Sequence record: HM035025
DNA length: 64,000 bases
Source of the DNA: Shigella phage Shfl2
Reading direction: 5' to 3' (one strand)
Position 1 is the first letter of the stretch. Each line of letters begins with the position of its first letter. This document shows, piece after piece, positions 1 to 11,022 of this stretch. The position numbers were made by a program, and so were the translations under genes. Below the pieces are notes generated by a model, which was not told the origin of the DNA, searched no databases, and saw nothing but the letters and a program-made list of their open reading frames with translations.

Positions 1-2
1 TC

Positions 3-188
3 GGTGGAATTTATGAATATCGTGTAGTTTGCGATACAACAAATAACACTCCATCAGTAATTGATAGAAATGAGTTTGTTGCAACATTCTACATTCAACC
101 GGCTAGAAGCATTAACTACATTACCTTAAACTTCGTAGCAACTGCTACTGGTGCAGATTTCGATGAGTTAACTGGTCTTGCAGGTTAA
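3..188 (+). CDS. 18: Tail sheath protein gp18, C-terminal fragment (5' end outside window)
   Basis: Open frame from window edge ending ...ADFDELTGLAG, stop at 186-188; sits directly upstream of tail tube gene as in T4. Confidence 0.6.
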   Translation, partial: GGIYEYRVVCDTTNNTPSVIDRNEFVATFYIQPARSINYITLNFVATATGADFDELTGLAG

Positions 189-223
189 TACGGTGCATTC
201 TAAAGGCCTGTTTCGGCAGGCCA

Positions 224-231
224 TATAAATA
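224..231 (+). promoter_or_regulatory. Late promoter (TATAAATA)
   Basis: Exact TATAAATA, preceded by small hairpin GGCCTG-N6-CAGGCC (203-220); 73 nt upstream of gene 19. Confidence 0.5.
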
Positions 232-282
232 CACTATATCCTTAATTCTTTAATTCTATATGCCCTAGGTTAAACATAGGGA

Positions 283-290
283 TATAAATA
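283..290 (+). promoter_or_regulatory. Late promoter (TATAAATA) for gene 19
   Basis: Exact TATAAATA 14 nt upstream of gene 19 ATG. Confidence 0.7.
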
Positions 291-304
291 CTACAGAGGC
301 TAAT

Positions 305-796
305 ATGTTTGTAGATGATGTAACACGAGCGTTTGAATCTGGTGATTTTGCTCGACCTAACTTATTCCAAGTAGAAATTTCTTATCTTGGACAAAATTTT
401 ACGTTTCAATGTAAAGCCACTGCTTTACCAGCTGGTATTGTAGAAAAAATTCCAGTCGGATTTATGAACCGTAAAATTAACGTAGCAGGCGATCGTACAT
501 TCGATGACTGGACTGTTACAGTAATGAACGATGAGGCACATGATGCTCGCCAGAAGTTTGTTGATTGGCAAAGCATTGCTGCTGGGCAAGGGAACGAAAT
601 TACTGGTGGAAAACCAGCAGAGTATAAAAAGAGCGCTGTTGTTCGCCAATATGCTCGTGACGCTAAAACTGTAACAAAAGAAGTCGAAATTAAAGGCCTG
701 TGGCCTACCAACGTGGGTGAACTTCAATTAGATTGGGATTCAAACAATGAAATCCAAACCTTTGAAGTAACTCTTGCTCTCGATTATTGGGAATAA
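305..796 (+). CDS. 19: Tail tube protein gp19
   Basis: 163 aa, MFVDDVTRAFESGDFARPNLFQVEISYLGQNF..., same length and order as T4 gp19. Confidence 0.95.
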   Translation: MFVDDVTRAFESGDFARPNLFQVEISYLGQNFTFQCKATALPAGIVEKIPVGFMNRKINVAGDRTFDDWTVTVMNDEAHDARQKFVDWQSIAAGQGNEITGGKPAEYKKSAVVRQYARDAKTVTKEVEIKGLWPTNVGELQLDWDSNNEIQTFEVTLALDYWE

Positions 797-828
797 AATG
801 AATGGGGAGAAATCCCCATCCTGCTTAA

Positions 829-2453
<1,625 letters not shown>

Positions 2454-2454
<1 letters not shown>

Positions 2455-2687
2455 TGGAAGGTTTAATTGAAGCTATTAAATCAAACGACCTCGTAGCCGC
2501 TCGTAAATTATTTGCTGAAGCCATGGCTGCAAGAACGATTGATTTAATTAAAGAAGAAAAAATCGCTATCGCTCGTAATTTCTTAATCGAAGGTGAAGAA
2601 CCTGAAGACGAGGATGATGACGAAGATAGTGATGATAAAGACGACAAAAAAGACAAAGACTCTGACGAAGACGAGGATGATGAATAA
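2454..2687 (+). CDS. 67: Prohead core protein gp67 with acidic C-terminal tail
   Basis: 77 aa, TAATG overlap with gene 20 stop, C-terminus [29 protein letters not shown]; T4 position of gene 67. Confidence 0.8.
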
Positions 2688-3112
2688 TGCTTCTGATCCC
2701 TGAAACTCATGAATTAGTTCTCGAGAATGTCGAAGCACTTATTCCTGAAGCACAGGGTCGCTTTGACGAATTGTCTTCTGCTTTAAATAAAGACGATATA
2801 AATACAATTGTCGAGAATATGCTTGATGATGAAACTGATTTAGCAGTTGCATTAGCTTCTATTAATGAAAATATGCCGTTAAATGAATTCATTGTTAAGC
2901 ATGTTTCAGCTCGTGGTGAAATTACACGTACTAAAGACCGCAAAACGCGCGAACGTAATGCATTTCAAACCACTGGGCTGTCTAAAGCAAAACGTAGACA
3001 AATTGCTCGCAAAGCTACCAAAACGAAGATTGCCAATCCAGCAGGTCAATCTCGTGCTCAGCGTAAGCGTAAAAAAGCTCTTAAACGCCGTAAAGCATTA
3101 GGATTAAGCTAA
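2687..3112 (+). CDS. 68: Prohead core protein gp68
   Basis: 141 aa, basic C-terminus, start overlaps gp67 stop; T4 position of gene 68. Confidence 0.8.
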
Positions 3113-3750
3113 TGAATGAACCCCAATTACTAATTGAAACTTGGGGTCAACCTGGCGAAATTATTGATGGCGTGCCAATGCTTGAATCTCATGATGGAAA
3201 AGACCTAGGTTTAAAACCTGGTTTATACATCGAAGGAATATTCATGCAAGCGGAAGTCGTCAATAGAAATAAACGTCTTTATCCAAAACGCATATTAGAA
3301 AAAGCGGTAAAAGACTATATCAATGAGCAAGTTTTAACTAAACAAGCTCTCGGAGAATTAAATCATCCTCCACGCGCTAATGTTGACCCGATGCAAGCCG
3401 CTATCATTATAGAAGATATGTGGTGGAAAGGAAATGACGTATACGGACGAGCTCGTGTTATTGAAGGTGACCATGGTCCTGGAGATAAATTAGCAGCTAA
3501 TATTCGTGCCGGATGGATTCCAGGAGTTTCTTCTCGTGGATTAGGTTCATTGACTGACACAAATAAAGGTTATCGTATCGTAAACGAAGGATTCAAATTA
3601 ACTGTAGGTGTTGATGCAGTATGGGGTCCAAGTGCTCCAGATGCATGGGTAACTCCTAAGGAAATTACCGAATCACAGACGGCGGAAGCCGATACAAGTG
3701 CCGATGACGCCTATATGGCTCTCGCAGAGGCCATGAAAAAAGCGTTATAA
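3112..3750 (+). CDS. 21: Prohead core scaffold protein and protease gp21
   Basis: 212 aa, same length as T4 gp21, position between 68 and 22. Confidence 0.93.
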   Translation: MNEPQLLIETWGQPGEIIDGVPMLESHDGKDLGLKPGLYIEGIFMQAEVVNRNKRLYPKRILEKAVKDYINEQVLTKQALGELNHPPRANVDPMQAAIIIEDMWWKGNDVYGRARVIEGDHGPGDKLAANIRAGWIPGVSSRGLGSLTDTNKGYRIVNEGFKLTVGVDAVWGPSAPDAWVTPKEITESQTAEADTSADDAYMALAEAMKKAL

Positions 3751-3753
3751 ATA
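3746..3753 (+). promoter_or_regulatory. Late promoter (TATAAATA) for gene 22
   Basis: Exact TATAAATA 27 nt upstream of gene 22 ATG, overlapping gene 21 stop. Confidence 0.65.
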
Positions 3754-3780
3754 TTATTATCTAAACAACAGGACTACAAA

Positions 3781-4590
3781 ATGCTTAAAGAACAACTGAT
3801 TGCTGAAGCGCAAAAAATTGATGCTTCCGTTGCTCTTGATAGTATTTTCGAATCAGTTAATATTTCTCCGGAAGCAAAAGAAACTTTCGGCACTGTATTC
3901 GAAGCTACCGTCAAGCAGCACGCCGTTAAATTAGCTGAATCTCATATCGCTAAAATTGCTGAAAAAGCAGAAGAAGAAGTAGAAAAAAATAAAGAAGAAG
4001 CCGAAGAAAAAGCTGAGAAGAAAATCGCTGAGCAAGCTTCTAAATTCATCGACCATCTTGCGAAAGAATGGCTCGCCGAAAATAAATTAGCAGTTGATAA
4101 AGGCATCAAAGCCGAACTGTTTGAATCCATGCTTGGTGGATTAAAAGAGCTCTTTGTTGAACACAACGTTGTTGTTCCAGAAGAATCAGTTGATGTTGTA
4201 GCTGAAATGGAAGAAGAGCTGCAAGAACATAAAGAAGAATCAGCTCGTCTGTTCGAAGAACTCAATAAGCGTGACGCATATATCAATTATGTGCAGCGTG
4301 AAGTGGCATTGAGCGAAAGTACTAAAGATCTGACTGAGTCTCAAAAAGAAAAAGTCTCTGCTCTGGTCGAAGGTATGGATTATTCAGATGAATTCTCAAG
4401 TAAATTGAGTGCCATCGTAGAAATGGTGAAGAAGTCTAATAAAGATGAAAGCACTATTACTGAGGGTATAAATACTCCTGATACTGAAGCAGCCGGACTG
4501 AATTTCGTCACTGAAGCTGTAGAAGATAAAGCTGCACCTGGTGCAGAAGATATTGTAAGTGTATATGCGAAAGTCGCATCTCGTTTCTAA
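3781..4590 (+). CDS. 22: Prohead core scaffold protein gp22
   Basis: 269 aa, acidic coiled-coil-like composition (EEEVEKNKEEAEEKAEKK), T4 gp22 length and position. Confidence 0.9.
   Translation: MLKEQLIAEAQKIDASVALDSIFESVNISPEAKETFGTVFEATVKQHAVKLAESHIAKIAEKAEEEVEKNKEEAEEKAEKKIAEQASKFIDHLAKEWLAENKLAVDKGIKAELFESMLGGLKELFVEHNVVVPEESVDVVAEMEEELQEHKEESARLFEELNKRDAYINYVQREVALSESTKDLTESQKEKVSALVEGMDYSDEFSSKLSAIVEMVKKSNKDESTITEGINTPDTEAAGLNFVTEAVEDKAAPGAEDIVSVYAKVASRF
4467..4474 (+). promoter_or_regulatory. Late promoter (TATAAATA) inside gene 22, likely serving gene 23
   Basis: Exact TATAAATA within 3' part of gene 22, 134 nt upstream of gene 23 ATG. Confidence 0.55.
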
Positions 4591-4608
4591 TTTTAAAGGT
4601 TAACACAA

Positions 4609-6174
4609 ATGACTATCAAAACTAAAGCTGAACTTTTGAACAAATGGAAGCCATTACTGGAAGGTGAAGGTTTACCGGAAATTGCTAATAGCAAACAAGC
4701 GATTATCGCTAAAATCTTTGAAAACCAGGAAAAAGATTTCCAGACAGCTCCAGAGTACAAAGACGAAAAAATCGCTCAGGCGTTCGGTTCTTTCTTAACA
4801 GAAGCTGAAATCGGTGGTGACCACGGTTACAATGCTACTAACATCGCTGCTGGTCAGACTTCTGGCGCAGTAACTCAGATTGGCCCAGCTGTTATGGGTA
4901 TGGTACGTCGTGCTATTCCTAACCTGATTGCTTTCGATATTTGCGGTGTTCAGCCGATGAACAGCCCGACTGGCCAGGTATTCGCCCTGCGCGCAGTATA
5001 TGGTAAAGACCCAATCGCTTCCGGTGCTAAAGAAGCATTCCACCCAATGTATGGCCCAGATGCAATGTTCTCTGGTCAGGGTGCTGCTAAGAAATTCCCG
5101 GCTCTGGCTGCTAGCACAGAAACCACAGTAGGTGATATCTATACTCACTTCTTCCAGGACACTGGTACTGTGTATCTGCAGGCTTCTGCTCAAGTAACAA
5201 TTAGTGCAAGCGCAACTGATGCAGCTAAATTAGATGCTGAAATTAAGAAACAAATGGAAGCTGGTGCATTGGTAGAAATCGCTGAAGGTATGGCTACTTC
5301 TATCGCTGAACTCCAGGAAGGTTTCAACGGTTCTACCGATAACCCATGGAATGAAATGGGCTTCCGTATCGATAAACAAGTTATCGAAGCTAAATCTCGC
5401 CAGCTGAAAGCTGCTTACTCTATTGAATTAGCACAAGACCTCCGCGCTGTTCACGGTATGGATGCTGATGCCGAACTGTCTGGTATTCTGGCTACCGAAA
5501 TCATGCTGGAAATCAACCGCGAAGTTGTTGATTGGATTAACTACTCGGCTCAGGTTGGTAAATCTGGTATGACCCTGACTCCGGGTTCTAAAGCTGGCGT
5601 ATTTGACTTCCAGGATCCGATTGATATTCGTGGTGCTCGCTGGGCGGGTGAATCCTTTAAAGCTCTGTTGTTCCAGATTGACAAAGAAGCAGTTGAAATT
5701 GCTCGTCAGACCGGTCGCGGTGAAGGTAACTTCATTATCGCTTCCCGTAACGTAGTTAACGTTCTGGCTTCAGTTGATACTGGCATTTCTTATGCTGCAC
5801 AGGGTCTGGCTACCGGCTTTAACACTGATACTACCAAGTCAGTATTTGCTGGTGTTCTGGGTGGTAAATACCGTGTATATATCGACCAGTATGCTAAACA
5901 GGATTATTTCACTGTAGGTTATAAAGGTCCGAACGAAATGGATGCTGGTATTTACTATGCTCCATATGTAGCTCTGACTCCGCTGCGTGGTTCCGATCCG
6001 AAGAACTTCCAACCAGTAATGGGATTCAAAACTCGTTACGGTATCGGTATCAACCCATTTGCAGAATCCGCTGCTCAGGCTCCGGCTTCTCGCATCCAGA
6101 GCGGTATGCCTTCTATTCTGAACAGCCTTGGTAAGAACGCTTACTTCCGCCGTGTATATGTTAAAGGTATCTAA
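4609..6174 (+). CDS. 23: Major capsid protein gp23
   Basis: 521 aa, same length as T4 gp23; strong highly-expressed-gene codon bias (ctg/ggt/cgt rich). Confidence 0.97.
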   Translation: MTIKTKAELLNKWKPLLEGEGLPEIANSKQAIIAKIFENQEKDFQTAPEYKDEKIAQAFGSFLTEAEIGGDHGYNATNIAAGQTSGAVTQIGPAVMGMVRRAIPNLIAFDICGVQPMNSPTGQVFALRAVYGKDPIASGAKEAFHPMYGPDAMFSGQGAAKKFPALAASTETTVGDIYTHFFQDTGTVYLQASAQVTISASATDAAKLDAEIKKQMEAGALVEIAEGMATSIAELQEGFNGSTDNPWNEMGFRIDKQVIEAKSRQLKAAYSIELAQDLRAVHGMDADAELSGILATEIMLEINREVVDWINYSAQVGKSGMTLTPGSKAGVFDFQDPIDIRGARWAGESFKALLFQIDKEAVEIARQTGRGEGNFIIASRNVVNVLASVDTGISYAAQGLATGFNTDTTKSVFAGVLGGKYRVYIDQYAKQDYFTVGYKGPNEMDAGIYYAPYVALTPLRGSDPKNFQPVMGFKTRYGIGINPFAESAAQAPASRIQSGMPSILNSLGKNAYFRRVYVKGI

Positions 6175-6189
6175 TCTTTGACGATTTAA

Positions 6190-6218
6190 GGGACCTTCGG
6201 GTCCCTTTAGTTGTTTTT
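6190..6218 (+). terminator. Rho-independent terminator after gene 23
   Basis: GGGACC-UUCG-GGUCCC hairpin (6190-6205) followed by T-rich tract. Confidence 0.8.
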
Positions 6219-6222
6219 ATGG

Positions 6223-6230
6223 TATAAATA
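6223..6230 (+). promoter_or_regulatory. Late promoter (TATAAATA) for gene 24
   Basis: Exact TATAAATA 27 nt upstream of gene 24 ATG. Confidence 0.65.
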
Positions 6231-6257
6231 AATCATATAAACCAAAAGGAAAGCGCA

Positions 6258-7541
6258 ATGGCTAAAATCAACGAACTTCTGCGCGAATCAACCACAACGA
6301 ATAGCAACTCAATCGGTCGCCCAAATCTCGTTGCTTTGACTCGCGCTACCACTAAATTAATATATTCTGACATTGTAGCAACGCAAAGAACTAATCAACC
6401 TGTTGCTGCTTTTTATGGTATCAAATACCTTAATCCAGATAACGAATTTACATTTAAAACTGGTGCTACTTACGCTGGCGAAGCTGGATACGTAGACCGA
6501 GAACAAATCACAGAATTAACAGAAGAGTCTAAATTAACTCTCAATAAAGGCGATTTATTCAAATATAATAATATCGTTTATAAAGTATTAGAAGATACAC
6601 CATTTGCTGATATTGAAGAAAGCGATTTAGAATTAGCTCTTCAGATTGCAATTGTTCTTTTAAAGGTTCGTTTATTTTCTGATGCTGCAGTAACAAGCAA
6701 ATTTGAAAGCTCTGATAGTGAAATTGCGGATGCTAGATTCCAGATTAATAAATGGCAAACCGCAGTTAAATCTCGTAAACTTAAAACTGGCATTACGGTT
6801 GAATTAGCACAAGATTTAGAAGCAAATGGATTCGATGCTCCTAATTTCTTGGAAGATTTGCTTGCAACTGAAATGGCGGATGAAATCAATAAAGATATTC
6901 TACAGTCTTTGATTACAGTATCAAAACGCTATAAAGTCACAGGAATTACTGATACTGGATTCATTGATTTGAGTTATGCATCTGCACCTGAAGCTGGTCG
7001 TTCATTATACCGAATGGTGTGTGAAATGGTTTCGCATATCCAAAAAGAATCAACTTATACTGCAACGTTCTGTGTTGCTTCAGCTCGTGCCGCTGCGATT
7101 CTTGCTGCATCAGGTTGGTTAAAACATAAACCAGAAGATGACAAATATCTTTCACAAAATGCCTACGGGTTCTTAGCTAATGGTTTACCGCTTTATTGCG
7201 ATACCAACAGCCCATTAGATTATGTAATCGTTGGCGTAGTAGAAAATATCGGTGAAAAAGAAATTGTTGGATCAATTTTCTATGCTCCATATACAGAAGG
7301 TCTTGACTTAGATGACCCTGAACATGTAGGTGCATTTAAAGTTGTAGTTGATCCAGAAAGTTTGCAGCCATCTATCGGTTTATTGGTTAGATATGCTTTA
7401 TCTGCAAATCCTTATACTGTAGCAAAAGATGAAAAAGAAGCAAGAATAATTGATGGTGGAGACATGGATAAAATGGCGGGTCGTTCAGATTTGTCTGTTT
7501 TATTAGGTGTTAAGCTACCAAAAATTATTGTTGATGAATAA
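6258..7541 (+). CDS. 24: Capsid vertex protein gp24
   Basis: 427 aa, gp23 paralog position and length as in T4. Confidence 0.93.
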   Translation: MAKINELLRESTTTNSNSIGRPNLVALTRATTKLIYSDIVATQRTNQPVAAFYGIKYLNPDNEFTFKTGATYAGEAGYVDREQITELTEESKLTLNKGDLFKYNNIVYKVLEDTPFADIEESDLELALQIAIVLLKVRLFSDAAVTSKFESSDSEIADARFQINKWQTAVKSRKLKTGITVELAQDLEANGFDAPNFLEDLLATEMADEINKDILQSLITVSKRYKVTGITDTGFIDLSYASAPEAGRSLYRMVCEMVSHIQKESTYTATFCVASARAAAILAASGWLKHKPEDDKYLSQNAYGFLANGLPLYCDTNSPLDYVIVGVVENIGEKEIVGSIFYAPYTEGLDLDDPEHVGAFKVVVDPESLQPSIGLLVRYALSANPYTVAKDEKEARIIDGGDMDKMAGRSDLSVLLGVKLPKIIVDE

Positions 7542-7547
7542 AACAAA

Positions 7548-7571
7548 GGGACCTTTCGGTCCCTTTTATTT
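7548..7571. terminator. Bidirectional hairpin terminator between convergent genes 24 and rnlB
   Basis: GGGACC-UUUC-GGUCCC flanked by A-rich (left) and T-rich (right) tracts. Confidence 0.75.
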
Positions 7572-8574
7572 AACTTACCAATTCAATCCAAGCCGGACGA
7601 AGTACATCTTGTACCATTTTAACTAATTCCTTTTTAATCAAAGAAGGATTATCCGCTTGAGTTAGAGTAATACCTTCACGAGAAGTTTCTTCCAAAATAT
7701 CTTGAACAGTTAGTCCCATCACCTTTCCAAAATCTTTTGGACCAATTTCGCCAATTTTAGAAATAACGTTATTTACTCGGTTCAGTGTAACGTAGCAAGC
7801 TAAAATTCCCAGCAATTTATTATCAGCTTCTGACAGCTCAACTTTAGCTTTAATAGGCTTATCAGACTTTTTCTTTTCGCTAAATTTAGAGTTCTTGCAT
7901 TTGATGGCTACACGATTGCCATTAGGCATCCAAGAAGGATAACAAGGTTTCAATACATATCCTTCAGCGGTAAATACTTCACCTTTTGCTTCGGCATTCC
8001 AAACGCATTTATTTGCATCAACTAATCCAGCATGGTCTACTGTAAAATTATAATCCTGGACGACAGAATCTAAATCATTTGGCAATTTAATAAGTTCTTC
8101 AAATTTACCACGACCCAAAAGTGGAGCCATTTTAAATTTGAATGTATTACAGAATGATTCCATCATATAATCATCGACATAAGTCACATCACCACTTTCT
8201 GTAGTAACAATAATGTCAAATACATAAAAATCTTTATCACCATAATCGACATTCTTCTGAATGCCAGGTCCAGCGAATTCGCCGAAGACTTGATAAGATA
8301 CAACTGCCGAAGTTTCCATAATATCTTGTACTGCTTTAATGGAATCAGCGTAATTCTTTAGAATAATTTCATACCCAAAGAAATCTTCAGCAGGAAGAAT
8401 CGGTCCAGTACGTTTAGCACAAGTTGCTTTATCGCGTTCAATAATCAGTGAGAAATTTGTGCCATGAATCTTTTCACGAGCTACCCATTCGCCGCCAGTC
8501 AATCCTAAACTGTAAAGTTTTTCAATGAATTTAGAATTGTAATGATTTTCAAGACTGCTATACTTTTTAAACAT
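7570..8574 (-). CDS. rnlB: RNA ligase 2 (Rnl2)
   Basis: 334 aa, nucleotidyltransferase lysine motif context ([10 protein letters not shown]), same length and position as T4 rnlB. Confidence 0.9.
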   Translation of the reverse strand: MFKKYSSLENHYNSKFIEKLYSLGLTGGEWVAREKIHGTNFSLIIERDKATCAKRTGPILPAEDFFGYEIILKNYADSIKAVQDIMETSAVVSYQVFGEFAGPGIQKNVDYGDKDFYVFDIIVTTESGDVTYVDDYMMESFCNTFKFKMAPLLGRGKFEELIKLPNDLDSVVQDYNFTVDHAGLVDANKCVWNAEAKGEVFTAEGYVLKPCYPSWMPNGNRVAIKCKNSKFSEKKKSDKPIKAKVELSEADNKLLGILACYVTLNRVNNVISKIGEIGPKDFGKVMGLTVQDILEETSREGITLTQADNPSLIKKELVKMVQDVLRPAWIELVS

Positions 8575-8583
8575 AATTAATCC

Positions 8584-8862
8584 TCAAAATGTAATTTCTA
8601 ACCAATCACCATCACGTTGATCACTATTGACTTTAAAGCTAAATCCTTCTTTTCTCAGCCAATCACCAATTTCTTCAGTAATCAATTTATCGCGAGCAGT
8701 ACAATAATAACTAAAATATGTTTTACCTTGTTCAGCTGCTTTATTAGCAAGTTCCGAAAAATCTTTAATAAAACACTCTAGCTTAAACTGTTTACTTTTA
8801 AGTGCTTTTTCGCGTAATTGATTAGCAAAAGATTCATTTTCATAAAGATCATACTGTTCCAT
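8584..8862 (-). CDS. Hypothetical protein (T4 24.2 position)
   Basis: 92-aa ORF in compact minus-strand operon between rnlB and hoc. Confidence 0.55.
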   Translation of the reverse strand: MEQYDLYENESFANQLREKALKSKQFKLECFIKDFSELANKAAEQGKTYFSYYCTARDKLITEEIGDWLRKEGFSFKVNSDQRDGDWLEITF

Positions 8863-9064
8863 TTTTCACCTTTTTATTAATATGTCTTTTTCTATAGACA
8901 ACTTTTTCTCGAGTCTCAAATTTATTCTTAGCAGTCATAGCTCGAGCCCATAATACAGCCACTTCTTTCGCCTGTAAGTTCAATTCACGAGCAATTTCAA
9001 TGAATGACTTTCCAGACTCATGAAGAGTAAACACCACAACCTCAGTTCTCATAATCAATCTCAT
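8849..9064 (-). CDS. Hypothetical small protein, possible HTH (T4 24.3 position)
   Basis: 71 aa, overlaps downstream ORF by 14 nt; SGKSFIEIARELNLQAKEV resembles a helix-turn-helix. Confidence 0.5.
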   Translation of the reverse strand: MRLIMRTEVVVFTLHESGKSFIEIARELNLQAKEVAVLWARAMTAKNKFETREKVVYRKRHINKKVKNGTV

Positions 9065-9120
9065 GTTATCGAGTTGGTGCCATTATATACATCATTTTCT
9101 GATTGTGTTTTGTGTGCTTT

Positions 9121-9148
9121 CAAAATGAAGAAAGGGGCCGAAGCCCCT
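9121..9148 (-). terminator. Rho-independent terminator after hoc
   Basis: GGGGC-CGAA-GCCCC hairpin (9133-9148) followed on minus strand by U-rich tract. Confidence 0.7.
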
Positions 9149-9152
9149 AAGA

Positions 9153-10283
9153 TTATGGATAGGTATAGATGATACCAGTTTCTAAAGCAGTTTTATGAAT
9201 GATGTATCCATTGCGCGATTCTTGAACATCAACTTCTGGATAGTCTTTCATCATCTTCTGAAGAGTGTAACGATGCAGATAGTATTTACTATCTGGATCT
9301 TCAGTTTTCCAATCTTTACCTTCTTCGGTCATTTTTTGGATTTCATCCATAACCCACCAACCGCACCAGATATAAGCTGAAGTACGATGTGGAAGAGGAT
9401 GAACATAAGGCAATTCACCTTCTGGTTCTGGAGCAACTTTATCAGTTACCTGAACTTGACCTTCTGCTGTGATAGTTTTGCTATCATAATCAGTAGCAGT
9501 AACAGTTGCAGTAACTTCAATAGTTTGACTTCCAATAGATGATGTATCAACGGTGTATACATTAGTTGACCCTTCTACTGGAGAAGAATCTTTCTTCCAT
9601 GAATATTCGATTTGCGCTTCTTCCGGGGCATCAGTGACATTAGCAGTAAATGTAGCCGAAGCATCTTGCTGAACGTTAATAGAAGGAGGAGTCAATGTAA
9701 CCTGTGGATTCATTGTCTTCTTATTAACAGTCAGTGATACTTCATTAGAAGTAACTTCTTTTGTATCGTAATCTGTCGCTGTTACTTGAGCTACGCATTT
9801 AATTCTTTTTACTCCACTTGTAGTTGGAGTATAGCTAAATGTAGCGGAAGTTGCTTCACTAACAGGAGAGTCATCAACATACCATTGATACGTAGCAGAT
9901 GCGCCTGATGGTTGAGAAGCTAAAGCAGCAGTAAATTCAACAGGAGTTCCAATCGCTCCAGCAGCAGGACTATCAGGAGTTACAGCTAAGGTAGTTGTCT
10001 GTGTCTTATTTTGAACTGTGATAGTTGTAGTAGCTTCTGCTGTTTCAGCATCAGTATCTGGAACTGTGTTTGTTGCAACTACTTTAATAGTCTTTTGACC
10101 GGCAGGTCCTTTTAGTACATAACTAAAAGTTGCTTCAGTTCCATCTTGTGGAACATCGTCTACAGTCCAAGCATATGTAATAGGTCCATCTCCAGTTTGA
10201 CCACTGGGTGTAGCAGTAAACTGCTGAGTCTGATCTATAACTCCAGTAGGTGTTTTAGGAGTTATATCAACTGTAAAAGCCAT
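9153..10283 (-). CDS. hoc: Highly immunogenic outer capsid protein Hoc (Ig-like domain repeats)
   Basis: 376 aa, three T/S-rich beta-type modules then conserved capsid-binding C-terminus; T4 Hoc length and position. Confidence 0.9.
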   Translation of the reverse strand: MAFTVDITPKTPTGVIDQTQQFTATPSGQTGDGPITYAWTVDDVPQDGTEATFSYVLKGPAGQKTIKVVATNTVPDTDAETAEATTTITVQNKTQTTTLAVTPDSPAAGAIGTPVEFTAALASQPSGASATYQWYVDDSPVSEATSATFSYTPTTSGVKRIKCVAQVTATDYDTKEVTSNEVSLTVNKKTMNPQVTLTPPSINVQQDASATFTANVTDAPEEAQIEYSWKKDSSPVEGSTNVYTVDTSSIGSQTIEVTATVTATDYDSKTITAEGQVQVTDKVAPEPEGELPYVHPLPHRTSAYIWCGWWVMDEIQKMTEEGKDWKTEDPDSKYYLHRYTLQKMMKDYPEVDVQESRNGYIIHKTALETGIIYTYP

Positions 10284-10292
10284 AAGTTATCC

Positions 10293-10973
10293 TTATTTTA
10301 ATGTTACGAAAGAAGAGTTGCGTGTTTCACGAATTAGAACTGATCCGTCACGATTAATGTAGTAAATTAAGCTAAATAAAGTTTGGTGTGCCGACGCGTG
10401 TTCAAAACTAGTTGGGTGAGATTTCCAATCCGGAGTTTCAGCAATCCACTGGTAAATCCACCAAGGAACCGTGCAGAATCCTGGATTTTTTCCAATCAAC
10501 TGAAGATTCGGACTAAAGTTTTCCGGAAGAGTAAATACAGACGGCTTTTCAGATTCAATAATCTCAGCTACAGTCTGTTCGAATTTTTCTTCAATAAAAG
10601 GAGTATCTTCAATCAAAACATCGGTATTTTCAGGAATTTTATCCGTTTCTACCACTTCAATTTTAATGTCAGATTTAACCGGAGAATCAATCAGAAGTGC
10701 TGCTTCTGGATTGACTTCTTCATCGTCATATTTTAATCCCTCTGCAGCATCAGCAGCATTAATTAAGTCTTTAATAGATAACCCATCAGTCTCTGGCATA
10801 GGTTCACTAGCGAGCTTCTGGAGGGCTTCTTCAATATCATTAACGATATTATCAAAAGATTTATTCTTTTTGACCTTTATACCAAACTGTTCAGCATATT
10901 CAGCTAATTTAGCTTTAGCTTCTTTATTATCATCAAGAGCCTTCAGCTCTGCAATATAATCTTTATCTATCAT
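10293..10973 (-). CDS. inh: Inhibitor of prohead protease Inh
   Basis: 226 aa, position between hoc and seg-type endonuclease as in T4. Confidence 0.75.
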   Translation of the reverse strand: MIDKDYIAELKALDDNKEAKAKLAEYAEQFGIKVKKNKSFDNIVNDIEEALQKLASEPMPETDGLSIKDLINAADAAEGLKYDDEEVNPEAALLIDSPVKSDIKIEVVETDKIPENTDVLIEDTPFIEEKFEQTVAEIIESEKPSVFTLPENFSPNLQLIGKNPGFCTVPWWIYQWIAETPDWKSHPTSFEHASAHQTLFSLIYYINRDGSVLIRETRNSSFVTLK

Positions 10974-10986
10974 AATATTTCCTCAG

Positions 10987-10994
10987 TATAAATA
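10987..10994 (+). promoter_or_regulatory. Late promoter (TATAAATA) upstream of GIY-YIG endonuclease gene
   Basis: Exact TATAAATA 28 nt upstream of the ATG at 11023. Confidence 0.55.
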
Positions 10995-11022
10995 TAGATA
11001 TATTTATTACTCGGAAAATAGT

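Noticed and set aside
406-727. Two minus-strand ORFs of about 100 aa inside the tail tube gene, and many similar antisense or alternate-frame ORFs in the track (e.g. 2405-2710, 3942-4286, 4795-5193, 51474-51716, 57980-58435)
   Set aside because: They lie wholly inside well-supported structural genes on the opposite strand or in another frame, lack promoter or Shine-Dalgarno context, and have low-complexity composition typical of shadow ORFs.
7393-7425. Plus-strand MotA-box-like site (taTGCTTTA - 12 nt - TATACT) inside the 3' end of gene 24
   Set aside because: No plus-strand gene lies downstream (the next gene is convergent), so it is most likely a chance match.
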